From IMG/VR virus record IMGVR_UViG_3300001846_000277, positions 3,664 through 67,663 of that record: DNA of 64,000 nucleotides; one strand, written 5' to 3'. Source of the DNA: a virus. This document shows positions 1 to 9,051 of the stretch, in pieces. A model generated the notes under the pieces. It saw nothing but the letters and a program-made list of their open reading frames with translations, made no database searches and was not told the origin of the DNA. Positions within the stretch are counted from its first letter, which is position 1. Each line of letters starts with the position of its first letter. The position numbers and the translations under genes were made by a program.

Positions 1-1146
1 CATCCGTTTTTTGGTAATATGGCAACACGTTTAAAAATACAACGTGCCGATTGGTTGCCTACTGCCGCAGTTGATGGTAGAAACTTGTTCTATAATGTGC
101 AGTTCTTCAATGCAATGGACAATAAAGAAATCGAATTTGTTCTTGCACATGAAATCTTACACATGGTATTTGATCATTTAGAACGCAGAGATGACAGAGA
201 TCCACGCCTATACAATATCTCTGCAGATTACATTGTAAACAATACATTGGTAGATGAACGCATAGGCACCATTCCTAGTATTGTAAATTGCTTTCAAGAC
301 TTCAAATACAGAGGATGGACTTCAGAAGAAGTATATGACGAACTTTTTGAAGAAGCTGAAAAGAATGGTAAAGAATTTTTAGAAAAACTTGGAGAAATGC
401 TTGACGAACACATCGACTGGGAAGGCGACGGTGACGACGAAGGCAAAGGTGGTAAGGGCAAAAGCAGACCTAAATACACCAAAGAAGAACGTGAACAGAT
501 CAAAGACGAAATAAAAGAAGCCATGATCCAGGCAGCGCAAAGTGCTGGTGCTGGAAATACACCTGTTGGTGTGCAACGTTTGATTAAAGAAATCACTGAA
601 CCTAAAATGAATTGGCGTGAGTTAATTCAACAACAAATTCAAAGCACAGTAAAAAGCGATTATACATTTAGTCGTCTAAGCCGCAAAGGCTGGCATACTG
701 GTGCTATATTGCCTGGTATGAACTTTATGGACACTATTGATATTTGTATTGGTATTGATATGAGTGGCTCAATTGGTAATAAACAGTCTGCTGATTTCTT
801 AGGTGAAGTCAAAGGTATCATGGAGCAATTCAAAGATTACAAAATTAAAATCTGGTGTTTTGATACTCAAGTTTACAACGAAGACGACTTTAGTGCAGAC
901 GATGGTAGAGAAATTACCGAATATGAAGTTGTCGGCGGCGGTGGCACTGACTTTATGTGTAACTGGAATTACATGAAAGAAAACAACATTCAACCTAAGC
1001 GTTTTATCATGTTTACAGATGGATACGCTTGGGATAGCTGGGGAGATCCAGACTGGTGCGAAACTGTGTTCTTAATTCACAGTCATCATGATAAGAATCT
1101 TGAGGCGCCATTTGGAATGACAGCGCACTATGATGAGGCTGCATAA
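1..1146 (+). CDS. DUF2201/VWA-like putative metallopeptidase (5'-truncated by window edge)
   Basis: The frame is open from base 1 (HPFFGN precedes the track's MATRL). HExxH motif AHEILH, acidic/Gly-Lys linker, then VWA MIDAS-like DMSGSI and GGGGTDF. Confidence 0.8.
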   Translation, partial: HPFFGNMATRLKIQRADWLPTAAVDGRNLFYNVQFFNAMDNKEIEFVLAHEILHMVFDHLERRDDRDPRLYNISADYIVNNTLVDERIGTIPSIVNCFQDFKYRGWTSEEVYDELFEEAEKNGKEFLEKLGEMLDEHIDWEGDGDDEGKGGKGKSRPKYTKEEREQIKDEIKEAMIQAAQSAGAGNTPVGVQRLIKEITEPKMNWRELIQQQIQSTVKSDYTFSRLSRKGWHTGAILPGMNFMDTIDICIGIDMSGSIGNKQSADFLGEVKGIMEQFKDYKIKIWCFDTQVYNEDDFSADDGREITEYEVVGGGGTDFMCNWNYMKENNIQPKRFIMFTDGYAWDSWGDPDWCETVFLIHSHHDKNLEAPFGMTAHYDEAA

Positions 1147-1148
1147 GT

Positions 1149-1430
1149 ATGCTTAAAGGAAAAATAAATCCTTTAAATGTTTTTAAAGCTAGGAAGGTTG
1201 AATTTTGTCCTCCCTACTTTGAAACAACTATTTTTCCAACTAGATATAATCTATCTGATAGTATTGCAGATTGGATAGATAATCATTGTTCAGGAAGATA
1301 TTATATTGGAAAAACAATGACGGTAGATAAACTTGACAAACAAATGTCACAAGGAGTAAAGGTAGGCTTTGAAAACTCAAGAGAACTAAGTTATTTTTTA
1401 CTGGCTTGTCCACATTTGAAATATAACTAA
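1149..1430 (+). CDS. hypothetical protein (93 aa)
   Basis: ATG 2 nt after the upstream stop; co-directional operon; no recognised motif. Confidence 0.7.
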   Translation: MLKGKINPLNVFKARKVEFCPPYFETTIFPTRYNLSDSIADWIDNHCSGRYYIGKTMTVDKLDKQMSQGVKVGFENSRELSYFLLACPHLKYN

Positions 1431-1466
1431 TTTTGCCCAAATAAGTAATTACAAGGAGATATTAAA

Positions 1467-1727
1467 ATGGCAGAAGAAACAAAAACTGTAGCAAATCCAA
1501 ATGAACTTACAATTCAAGATTTAGCAACTATGAAAGGTATTATTGATGTTGCAAGTGAACGCAGTGCGTTCAAGCCAAAAGAAATGGCAGCAGTAGGCAT
1601 TATCTATAATAAACTTGAAATGTTTTTGAAAGATGTAGAAGAACAGCAAAAGGCTGCACAAGCAGCAGCAGCGGCAGCACAAACAGCGCCTCCTGCGCCG
1701 CAAGCAGAGGCTGTAGAAAGCGAGTAA
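1467..1727 (+). CDS. hypothetical protein with Ala/Pro-rich C-terminal tail (86 aa)
   Basis: AAGGAG SD and upstream ATAAGTA (1441-1447); low-complexity tail QAAAAAAQTAPPAP. Confidence 0.75.
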   Translation: MAEETKTVANPNELTIQDLATMKGIIDVASERSAFKPKEMAAVGIIYNKLEMFLKDVEEQQKAAQAAAAAAQTAPPAPQAEAVESE

Positions 1728-1730
1728 ACT

Positions 1731-2351
1731 ATGTTAAAACACGTAGGAAGACTAAGAACAAACAAAAGAAGAGTTGTAGTAGCGTATAGAACAATACCTA
1801 ATGACCCTTATAGTTGTTTATGTATCATGTCTGATTCATTATCATCAGCTGATCATGACGATGTTATGAAATTGGTTGAATCGGATGCAGGACAATCAGC
1901 AGACGAATTTTATCAAGCAATGGATAGAGTGTATTTGTCAGATGGGAGACCAATGTTGGCAGGATTGCATACACAAGGTCATTTGCGTAAAATGGCAACC
2001 GCTGATGTTGAAATGACACCTAACCACAAATCGTCAGTGCCATTAAATGAACTCAATCAAATTATTGCAGATCAAAAAGGTGTTGCGCTAGAAGATTTGG
2101 CTATTAAACCAAATACACCACAAGCGAAAGCGCCGGCACAAAAACCTGCTACAGAAACAGTAGCAGAGCCAACAGCAGCACCTTTGGCAGCAAGTGCGAA
2201 TGAAGTGTTGACTGATGAACAAATTGCTGCAAAAATGCGTAGCGATGCAGATCGCTTATTTAAAGAGGCTAAAGCCTTACGAGAGCAAGCGGAAGAATTA
2301 TCTCCAACTAAACGCAAAACTACTCGTAAACAGACTGAGAGTGCTACGTGA
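1731..2351 (+). CDS. hypothetical protein with Ala/Pro linker and C-terminal coiled coil (206 aa)
   Basis: Long ORF starting 3 nt after the previous stop; heptad-like C-terminus. Confidence 0.75.
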   Translation: MLKHVGRLRTNKRRVVVAYRTIPNDPYSCLCIMSDSLSSADHDDVMKLVESDAGQSADEFYQAMDRVYLSDGRPMLAGLHTQGHLRKMATADVEMTPNHKSSVPLNELNQIIADQKGVALEDLAIKPNTPQAKAPAQKPATETVAEPTAAPLAASANEVLTDEQIAAKMRSDADRLFKEAKALREQAEELSPTKRKTTRKQTESAT

Positions 2352-2354
2352 CAG

Positions 2355-2666
2355 GTGAATCAATCAAATTTTGACACTGAAAGTGAAGAATACTGGCAAG
2401 ACATATTTGACTCAATTGAGATCGAAGTCTTGCCAGTTGAATATATGAATCAAGTTAATATCCATTTCAAAGATGGAACTGTTTGGGAAGTTGACATTAA
2501 AGACAGTTTGAAGAAGCAAACTTCAACGGATATCGAAGATAGTCTAGACGAATTATTTCAAGCATACGAAGAAAAAATACAAAATGTAGATTATCGTATG
2601 GATATGGATAAAATCAAAAAAGATGTTGCTAAACGAGTCAGACGTTTTCTTAAAGTGAACAAATAA
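2355..2666 (+). CDS. acidic hypothetical protein (103 aa, GTG start)
   Basis: Fills the gap between co-directional genes; Asp/Glu-rich. Confidence 0.65.
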   Translation: MNQSNFDTESEEYWQDIFDSIEIEVLPVEYMNQVNIHFKDGTVWEVDIKDSLKKQTSTDIEDSLDELFQAYEEKIQNVDYRMDMDKIKKDVAKRVRRFLKVNK

Positions 2667-2669
2667 TAG

Positions 2670-2711
2670 CTCTTAGGTGATAAATACTTATAAGAACATA
2701 TCACCTAGGAG
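2670..2711 (+). promoter_or_regulatory. RBS-sequestering hairpin containing a late-promoter motif
   Basis: CTCTTAGGTGATA (2670-2682) pairs with TATCACCTAGGAG (2699-2711): 13 bp with one G.U. SD AGGAG (2707-2711) lies in the 3' arm; ATAAATA (2680-2686) sits at the 5' arm/loop boundary. Confidence 0.75.
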
Positions 2712-2717
2712 ATTCAT

Positions 2718-4280
2718 ATGGCATTACAGCTACGTCGTGGAACTAATGCAGAAAGAGCGACAGAAACGTTTGCAGCGGGCGAACTTGTCTATACAACAGA
2801 TACAAAACAACTTTATATCGGTGACGGCTCTACAGTCGGCGGTATACTAGTATCAAACAGTGTTGCAAGCTCTCCAGCAAATCTTACACAAAATTTAAAT
2901 TTAAACGGATTTAATATTTCAGGAACAGGAAATATTACAGCAACCGCATTTGTCGGTGACGGTAGCGGATTAACAAATCTACCAGACACAGGCGGATCTG
3001 GAACCGGAATTATCGAAGGCCAAGAGTATGCTATTGACATCCAAGGTAGTGTTAGAGGTGATGACACAACTATAATTGTTGATAGTGCATTAGGCAGAGT
3101 AAGTGCAGATCTATACGGCGATGGTAGTAATATCACTAACATTACACTAGACCAATTATCAGATGTTGATACAACAGGTATTTTTACAAACGCTATACTA
3201 AAATGGGATGGCGCAGCTTGGACAATAGCCAGCGACGAAACAGGTGACGGCGGTGGAGGAGGTACAGGTATCCTCGAAGGCCAAACATATTTTATTAGTA
3301 TTACAGGTGATGTAGTAGCAGATGATTCAACTATCATAGTTGACAGTTTTAATAAAACGTTCAGAGGCGTCTTAGAAGGTGAACTTCGCGGTAGTGTATT
3401 TGCAGAAAGTTCGTCGCTATTGGTAGATGCAATAAACAGCACAATTGTTGGTGAGGTTGATTCGCCTTCAGTAACTGCTGAAATACTAGTAGTAGATGAC
3501 CAAACTAATCCTCAATTTGATATTAAAAAATCATCCACTGGAGATATGAGCGCCTATACAGGTAAGTTAGGAGACATTTTCTTTAAAACCAGAGGCAGTG
3601 ATGGTGATAAAAGCTATGGAGTTATACAAGCATATACAAATGGAATTATCATTGCAACAAATGATAATGGCGTAGACTTTCCTGCAGAGACATTAAACAC
3701 TATAGGCAAAACTGGAATTGCATTAGGTGGAATTAACCCCGCAGCAAGATTAGATGTTAGAGGCAATGCTATCATACTTGAAGAAGTAAAAATTGGTTCA
3801 TTTACAACTGCTGAGCGCAATGCTTTGACAGCAGCAAACGGTATGTTATTATACAATGCAGATACTAATGAGTTCCAAGCATACGAAAACGGCGGCTGGA
3901 CTGCAATGATCTCTGACTTAGGTAATATTACATTTGCTGGTAGTGTAATTGATACTAGTGACAGTAGTGGGCTCACAGTAACACCAGCTGTTACACTGAG
4001 CAGTGATTTAACAGTAGAAAACAATTTAACAGTTACAAATACTGTTACAGCAGATAAATTTGTTGCCACAGGAACAGAAACACCAGAAATTGAAGCAGCA
4101 GCAAACTTGAACTTAACAGCAGGAAATGCTGTTGTTGTAACTAGTTCGCCATTGCGTATGGCAAGTTTTACCACTACTCAAAGAGATGCATTAGCAGCCC
4201 AAAACGGTGATGTTATCTATAACACAACTGATAATAAATTCCAAGGTTATGAGAACGGCGCATGGGCTAACTTAATATAA
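2718..4280 (+). CDS. tail fibre / virion structural protein with Mtd_N-like N-terminus
   Basis: N-terminus LQLRRGT..E......GELVYTTDTKQLYIGDG resembles the major-tropism-determinant N-terminal motif. Gly/Thr/Asp-rich internal repeats (EGQ.Y.I.I.G.V..DD.TIIVDS twice; SFTT..R.AL.A.NG...YN.....FQ.YENG.W twice). Confidence 0.7.
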   Translation: MALQLRRGTNAERATETFAAGELVYTTDTKQLYIGDGSTVGGILVSNSVASSPANLTQNLNLNGFNISGTGNITATAFVGDGSGLTNLPDTGGSGTGIIEGQEYAIDIQGSVRGDDTTIIVDSALGRVSADLYGDGSNITNITLDQLSDVDTTGIFTNAILKWDGAAWTIASDETGDGGGGGTGILEGQTYFISITGDVVADDSTIIVDSFNKTFRGVLEGELRGSVFAESSSLLVDAINSTIVGEVDSPSVTAEILVVDDQTNPQFDIKKSSTGDMSAYTGKLGDIFFKTRGSDGDKSYGVIQAYTNGIIIATNDNGVDFPAETLNTIGKTGIALGGINPAARLDVRGNAIILEEVKIGSFTTAERNALTAANGMLLYNADTNEFQAYENGGWTAMISDLGNITFAGSVIDTSDSSGLTVTPAVTLSSDLTVENNLTVTNTVTADKFVATGTETPEIEAAANLNLTAGNAVVVTSSPLRMASFTTTQRDALAAQNGDVIYNTTDNKFQGYENGAWANLI

Positions 4281-4290
4281 GGGGGCTTAA

Positions 4291-6270
4291 ATGAGCGAAA
4301 AGGAATACATTGTCACACTTAAAAAAGGTGTGGACTATGATGCATTTAATGCAGAAATGATAGCGTCAACTGGGGCTGGCGATATTCCAAATAGAACAGT
4401 TGATGTAGCAAACGCAAGACCAGCTAGTCAGAGAAATACTCACTACAGTTTAACAGATGCTGAGGCAGCAGCATTACGCAATGACAGTAGAGTTGTAGAT
4501 GTTCAAATTCCTCCTCAAGATAGAGAAGATATAGAAATTGGCTTTCATGCTTATCAAAGTGGTGTATGGACACGAGACACTATTACACAGCAATCAAATT
4601 TAAATTGGGGTAATCTTCGTTGCACAAAAGTAAATGACCCATGGAATGGAAATACACTTACTGATATCAGCGACGACTACAAATACACTCTAACAGGTAG
4701 AGGTGTAGATGTTGTAATTCAAGACAGTGGTATACAACCAACTCATTGGCAGTTTACAAACGAATTTGGTGTAAGCAGAGTGCAACAAATAGATTGGTAT
4801 GCTGAAAGCGGTATAAGCGGCACACAAAGCGCCAATCACTATAGAGACTATAACGGACACGGATCACACTGTGCTGGCACCGTAGCAGGTCGCACATTGG
4901 GCTGGGCACGTGAAGCAAACATATATTCTGTAAAAGTTAATGGCTTAGAAGGTTCAGGCGATAGTGGAACTGGTATCAGTGTAACAAATTGCTTTGACGT
5001 TATTAAAGAATGGCACAACAGAAAACCAATAGATCCAAAAACAGGATTTAAGCGTCCTACAGTGGTCAATGCTAGTTGGGGTTATAGTGGAACAAGATCA
5101 GGAACATTAACCGGCGGTGTTTATAATGGACAAAGTTGGAGCACAGGAGCAGGTCAACCTTGGCCAGATACTGAAGCAAGTCATTTGGAATATGCAGGCA
5201 TTCACGGAAAATATTACTCATTAGGCCTTTCAAGACGTATTAACGTAAGAGTTGCAAGCGTTGATACAGACTTACAAGAATGTATAGATGCTGGTATTAT
5301 TTTCTGTATTGCAGCAGGAAACAGCTATTACTATATAGATAGTGCAACTGGACCAAATTGGAACGACACAGCTGATTTTGGAGCAGGGCAAGAAAATATT
5401 TTTAGAGGCAGTTCGCCATATGATACAGAAGCGTTCATGGTAGGAAACATTGATAATACTTACTACTTAGGTAAAGAACAAAAAGCAGAATCAAGTTGTT
5501 TTGGCCCAGGCGTAGATATAAATGCACCTGGGACGTATATTATGAGTTGTGCAAGTAGTGACAAAAGCGGAGCATGTGATTTAACCGATGGCACTGAGGC
5601 TAGTATTTCTACTGTCAACGACCCAGGATCAAATAGTGCAAGCGATCCTTTAATGAAAATATCAGGAACAAGTATGGCTTCACCACAGGTTGCTGGCATG
5701 GTTGCTTGTATACTACAAGCAAATCCCGGAATGACTCCTGCGCAAATAAAAACATATATACACAACAATAGTTTACAAGATCTGCTTTGGGAAGATACAA
5801 ATCACACCATAGTGGCAGATACATTTACAGCTTCTACCACTGTTGCTAACGGCACAACTGATTATACTTTTACAGCTGGCACAGATAGGAATGGTGCTGT
5901 CAGTGGAAACGATCCAACCATTACTATCTATCAAGGTGACACTATTGAAATTACAAATAGTACAGGCGCTCATCCTTTATATATTAAAACTGTCTCAGGT
6001 GTTGCAGATACAGCCAACCAAGTAACAACACCAGCAGCAACAGGACAGGGTGCTACAAATGGCACTGTTAGTTGGACACCTGCACTTCCAGGAAGATTTT
6101 ACTATCAGTGTAGTTCTCATGCAGACATGTGGGGTCAGATAGAAGTATTACCAAGAGTAGATTGGAATAATACTGACAACATAGGAGACGGTCCTAATAG
6201 GTATCTTTATTCACCATTGTTTAGCACAGGTGATAATATACAGTATAAAGGTCCTATTTCAAGAACTTAA
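4291..6270 (+). CDS. S8 subtilisin-like serine protease with C-terminal cupredoxin-like domain
   Basis: Catalytic motifs VVIQDSG, HGSHCAG, AAGN and GTSMASP; I9-like prodomain KEYIVTLK; C-terminal GAHPLYI...YYQCSSHADMWG. Confidence 0.9.
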   Translation: MSEKEYIVTLKKGVDYDAFNAEMIASTGAGDIPNRTVDVANARPASQRNTHYSLTDAEAAALRNDSRVVDVQIPPQDREDIEIGFHAYQSGVWTRDTITQQSNLNWGNLRCTKVNDPWNGNTLTDISDDYKYTLTGRGVDVVIQDSGIQPTHWQFTNEFGVSRVQQIDWYAESGISGTQSANHYRDYNGHGSHCAGTVAGRTLGWAREANIYSVKVNGLEGSGDSGTGISVTNCFDVIKEWHNRKPIDPKTGFKRPTVVNASWGYSGTRSGTLTGGVYNGQSWSTGAGQPWPDTEASHLEYAGIHGKYYSLGLSRRINVRVASVDTDLQECIDAGIIFCIAAGNSYYYIDSATGPNWNDTADFGAGQENIFRGSSPYDTEAFMVGNIDNTYYLGKEQKAESSCFGPGVDINAPGTYIMSCASSDKSGACDLTDGTEASISTVNDPGSNSASDPLMKISGTSMASPQVAGMVACILQANPGMTPAQIKTYIHNNSLQDLLWEDTNHTIVADTFTASTTVANGTTDYTFTAGTDRNGAVSGNDPTITIYQGDTIEITNSTGAHPLYIKTVSGVADTANQVTTPAATGQGATNGTVSWTPALPGRFYYQCSSHADMWGQIEVLPRVDWNNTDNIGDGPNRYLYSPLFSTGDNIQYKGPISRT

Positions 6271-7175
6271 ATTTGGTTTGCGTTAGCGATAAAGTTTTTA
6301 AAATTACTAATTCTAAATGTAATTCTATGTAAAACCCTTTTTGCAAGTATTTCAGGATCGTCTTGTGTGCGTTTATGCAATGTAAGTAATTGATCCATTA
6401 AAACAATATCTCCTGGTTGCCACCAATGCTCATAAATGTATTTGTCTTGGAAAAGATGATCTTTTAATTTTTGTTTTAGTGTTTCGTCTTTACTTACTAT
6501 GTCACATCTATTATTGGTATAAAAGTATAATCCTTCTACACCGGCAGTATTTTTTTGTTTTAGCCACATTTTATATGTAGTATTTTCTTGTGCTTTTTGG
6601 GCAAAGTGTTTGTATTCAGGAGCACCCTTTGCCCAAACATCAGGACGATATTCGTATATTGCATAAACATTTTCTATTTGCTCTTTTAGTTCAGGCGATA
6701 AGTCATTGTAGGCTAAATTTGTATTCAAAAACAGTGTGCTTGTATTTTCACAGTGTTCTACACCTTGCAGTGCAACGCCATCGGCTCTATCTAAACCATT
6801 CAAATTGGCATGCCAATCAAGTGTGCCTGAGCCAAAAATACCTGTGTGCTTATTGTTAATCTTTTTACCTGTAACCCGCTGGACAGGATAATTTGCCATA
6901 TCTGTGCAAGTCATAGGATCAATAAATCTATCCCAAGTATCTACATCATTACCATATTGATCCCATTTCATTTGTGACCAGTTAGATACGCTACCGCTCA
7001 TCAAGTGAATTAATTTAGTAAAACTGCCAGGACATTGTTTTTGATCTTTAAACACAACTACTAAACGCTCTTTAAGTATTTGAAATAGTTTGTCAGCTTG
7101 TGACTTATCTATATTTGTAATATCTATATCACTTACTTCTACTGCTACACCATTTTTTATTTCTTTAATTTGCAT
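6267..7175 (-). CDS. TauD/TfdA-family Fe(II)/2OG dioxygenase (H-x-N variant)
   Basis: LVVVFKDQ, LDWHAN, NTSTLF, HWWQPGDIVLMDQLLTLHKR match the TauD layout. Confidence 0.8.
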   Translation of the reverse strand: MQIKEIKNGVAVEVSDIDITNIDKSQADKLFQILKERLVVVFKDQKQCPGSFTKLIHLMSGSVSNWSQMKWDQYGNDVDTWDRFIDPMTCTDMANYPVQRVTGKKINNKHTGIFGSGTLDWHANLNGLDRADGVALQGVEHCENTSTLFLNTNLAYNDLSPELKEQIENVYAIYEYRPDVWAKGAPEYKHFAQKAQENTTYKMWLKQKNTAGVEGLYFYTNNRCDIVSKDETLKQKLKDHLFQDKYIYEHWWQPGDIVLMDQLLTLHKRTQDDPEILAKRVLHRITFRISNFKNFIANANQI

Positions 7176-7710
7176 TTGTCAAATCCTTATATATACCTAA
7201 GTCTTCAAACATTACATCATGCACAGCAATTCTAAACAATAATCTATCTTTTGTAGGCTCTGCTACACCATGAGATACTTGTGTATTAAGTATGGTTAAT
7301 GTTTGATATGTAAGCTCAAATTTTTCATTGTCTTTTTCGCATACTACGGGTCCTGTATTTTCACTTAATGGTAGTAAAAAAGCAACTTTGCTCATACCAT
7401 CTACGTGCATAGGCATACTGCCGCCTGCTTTAGTAAGAAAAAAATCAGCACGAAAATCTTTTGTATGAACTCCAAAATCTTTAAACAATTTCATAACAAA
7501 CTTTTTAAGTTTCATATCATAATTGCTAACATGTTTAATGTAATGATAGACCATTTCTCTGCCATACATAGTTTCTTGGTATTCTTCATGTTCGGCATAA
7601 AGTTTATTTGTGTCTACCCATTCTGTGTCATCCATATAAGGCGTAAAGAAATCAATGTCTCCTTTTATATCTGTTGTAATTACAAATGGATCAATTAATT
7701 CACAGTTCAT
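7165..7710 (-). CDS. Fe(II)/2OG oxygenase-like (cupin) protein
   Basis: Reads on the minus strand despite the track's '+'. ATG 7710 overlaps the upstream TGA (ATGA). Motifs MPMHVD...LNTQVSHGV...R. Confidence 0.7.
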   Translation of the reverse strand: MNCELIDPFVITTDIKGDIDFFTPYMDDTEWVDTNKLYAEHEEYQETMYGREMVYHYIKHVSNYDMKLKKFVMKLFKDFGVHTKDFRADFFLTKAGGSMPMHVDGMSKVAFLLPLSENTGPVVCEKDNEKFELTYQTLTILNTQVSHGVAEPTKDRLLFRIAVHDVMFEDLGIYKDLTNAN

Positions 7711-8339
7711 TTTGTTCTCCAATGGTTCCAAAAATCTTTAGTATCTTTTTTATTTAAATTTGCTACAGCAATAGTGTGCCAACATTGAGAATTATGAGGA
7801 TCAGGTGCAATCAAATAAGGACCTTCTGATAACTCCCATCTATACCTAGTAGCATTATTGAGTGCATCTATAAATTTATTAAAAAATGCGCTTGTTCTTA
7901 GTTCTCTAGATATAAAACAATTATCATATCCTAATCTTTTGGCCATTTCAATCTGCTGTTCTATAATATTAAATGTAGTAGGTCTCAAAATTTCTCTTGT
8001 AAAATTAATCCTTAATTTTTGGCTATCTTGATAGTATCTTGTAAGTATTCTAACATCATTTTCTCTATAAAAATCTCTTGTATAACCAGCACTAAAGCCA
8101 ACAATATTTTTATCTTGTTTGAGGCATGTAACAAACGGATAATCAAAAAAATCAAGATCAACATAATTTTTTATTAATCTATGATTGTCTTTTACTTGCA
8201 AAGATTTTGTATAGGTGTTTAATTCCTCTGTTAAATTAGGATATAATTTAGGTATAAAAGTTGTAACTTCTGCTGGTCTAGTATCAAAAGTAGTAGGACT
8301 AGATGAATAAAACAGATTGTGTGCTGTTTCACTAAACAT
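7707..8339 (-). CDS. putative GNAT-fold acyltransferase
   Basis: IVGFSAG...RILTRYY...IEQQIEMAKRLGYDNCFISRE resembles the GNAT strand/helix pattern. Start moved to ATG 8339, overlapping the upstream stop. Confidence 0.45.
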   Translation of the reverse strand: MFSETAHNLFYSSSPTTFDTRPAEVTTFIPKLYPNLTEELNTYTKSLQVKDNHRLIKNYVDLDFFDYPFVTCLKQDKNIVGFSAGYTRDFYRENDVRILTRYYQDSQKLRINFTREILRPTTFNIIEQQIEMAKRLGYDNCFISRELRTSAFFNKFIDALNNATRYRWELSEGPYLIAPDPHNSQCWHTIAVANLNKKDTKDFWNHWRTK

Positions 8340-9051
8340 ATAAATCCTCTTGTCCATTAAGTGAAATAACTAAATGTATTCTGCCTTCTGAACCGTTATT
8401 TTCTGCCCAATGAGTCATTCCAGTGTTTAAAAAATATACACTACCGTCAGCTGGCATATGCATTTTTTGCACTCCGTCTTTGTTTTTTACACAAAGGAAT
8501 GCATTTTCGTTTGTAACAATAGGTATATGCACACGTATGCTGTATGTAGTGTTATAGTCTATATGGGGCTTAATGCTATGTCCAGGCGCCATATAAGCGA
8601 AGCGTGTGCGTGTTACAGGCGCTTTAAACGTGTCTAGTATATGATTCCAATAACCAGTGCATATATCCTTGCGCTTGGTATATCTACGTTCATCCATCAC
8701 AGGATTATAACTAGGATCATCAGGATTAGTGCTTTTCCTATATGTAGTAATTCCCGTATCTTGTTCAAGTTTTCTTTCTGGTCTATCACCTTCAAACTCT
8801 GTTAAACTTAATTGCCTATAGAACTGGCTGCCTTTAGTAACATCTTCATTACTGTCTGCAAACTTTTTTAAATGGTCAAGTTTGGTGCTACTGTTATAAA
8901 AGTCGCCGTATGCACTATCAGGATTGCTTGCATTTAGATCATCATATAAATTAATATTTTCAAACTTTTTGAATTCTTCTAAAATCTTTTCTATATCAAA
9001 CTTGTATGATAAAACTTTAAAAGCAGGTAATTGTTTCCTATCTAATAGCAT
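8332..9051 (-). CDS. aspartyl/asparaginyl beta-hydroxylase-domain Fe(II)/2OG oxygenase
   Basis: RTRFAYMAPGHSIKPHID...RVHIPIVTN...VYFLNTGMTHWAENNGSEGRIHLVI. Confidence 0.8.
   Translation of the reverse strand: MLLDRKQLPAFKVLSYKFDIEKILEEFKKFENINLYDDLNASNPDSAYGDFYNSSTKLDHLKKFADSNEDVTKGSQFYRQLSLTEFEGDRPERKLEQDTGITTYRKSTNPDDPSYNPVMDERRYTKRKDICTGYWNHILDTFKAPVTRTRFAYMAPGHSIKPHIDYNTTYSIRVHIPIVTNENAFLCVKNKDGVQKMHMPADGSVYFLNTGMTHWAENNGSEGRIHLVISLNGQEDLYV

Noticed and set aside
1640-1720. GCA-rich short tandem repeat
   Set aside because: It simply encodes the poly-Ala tail of ORF 1467-1727.
2718-4280. Mtd_N-like domain suggesting a diversity-generating retroelement
   Set aside because: No reverse transcriptase and no template/variable repeat pair are visible in the window; Mtd_N-like N-termini are common in fibre proteins.
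7165-7731. ORF track lists this 188-aa ORF on the + strand with a TTG start at 7731
   Set aside because: The translation matches only the reverse complement, so it is a minus-strand gene; ATG 7710 (ATGA overlap) is the better start.
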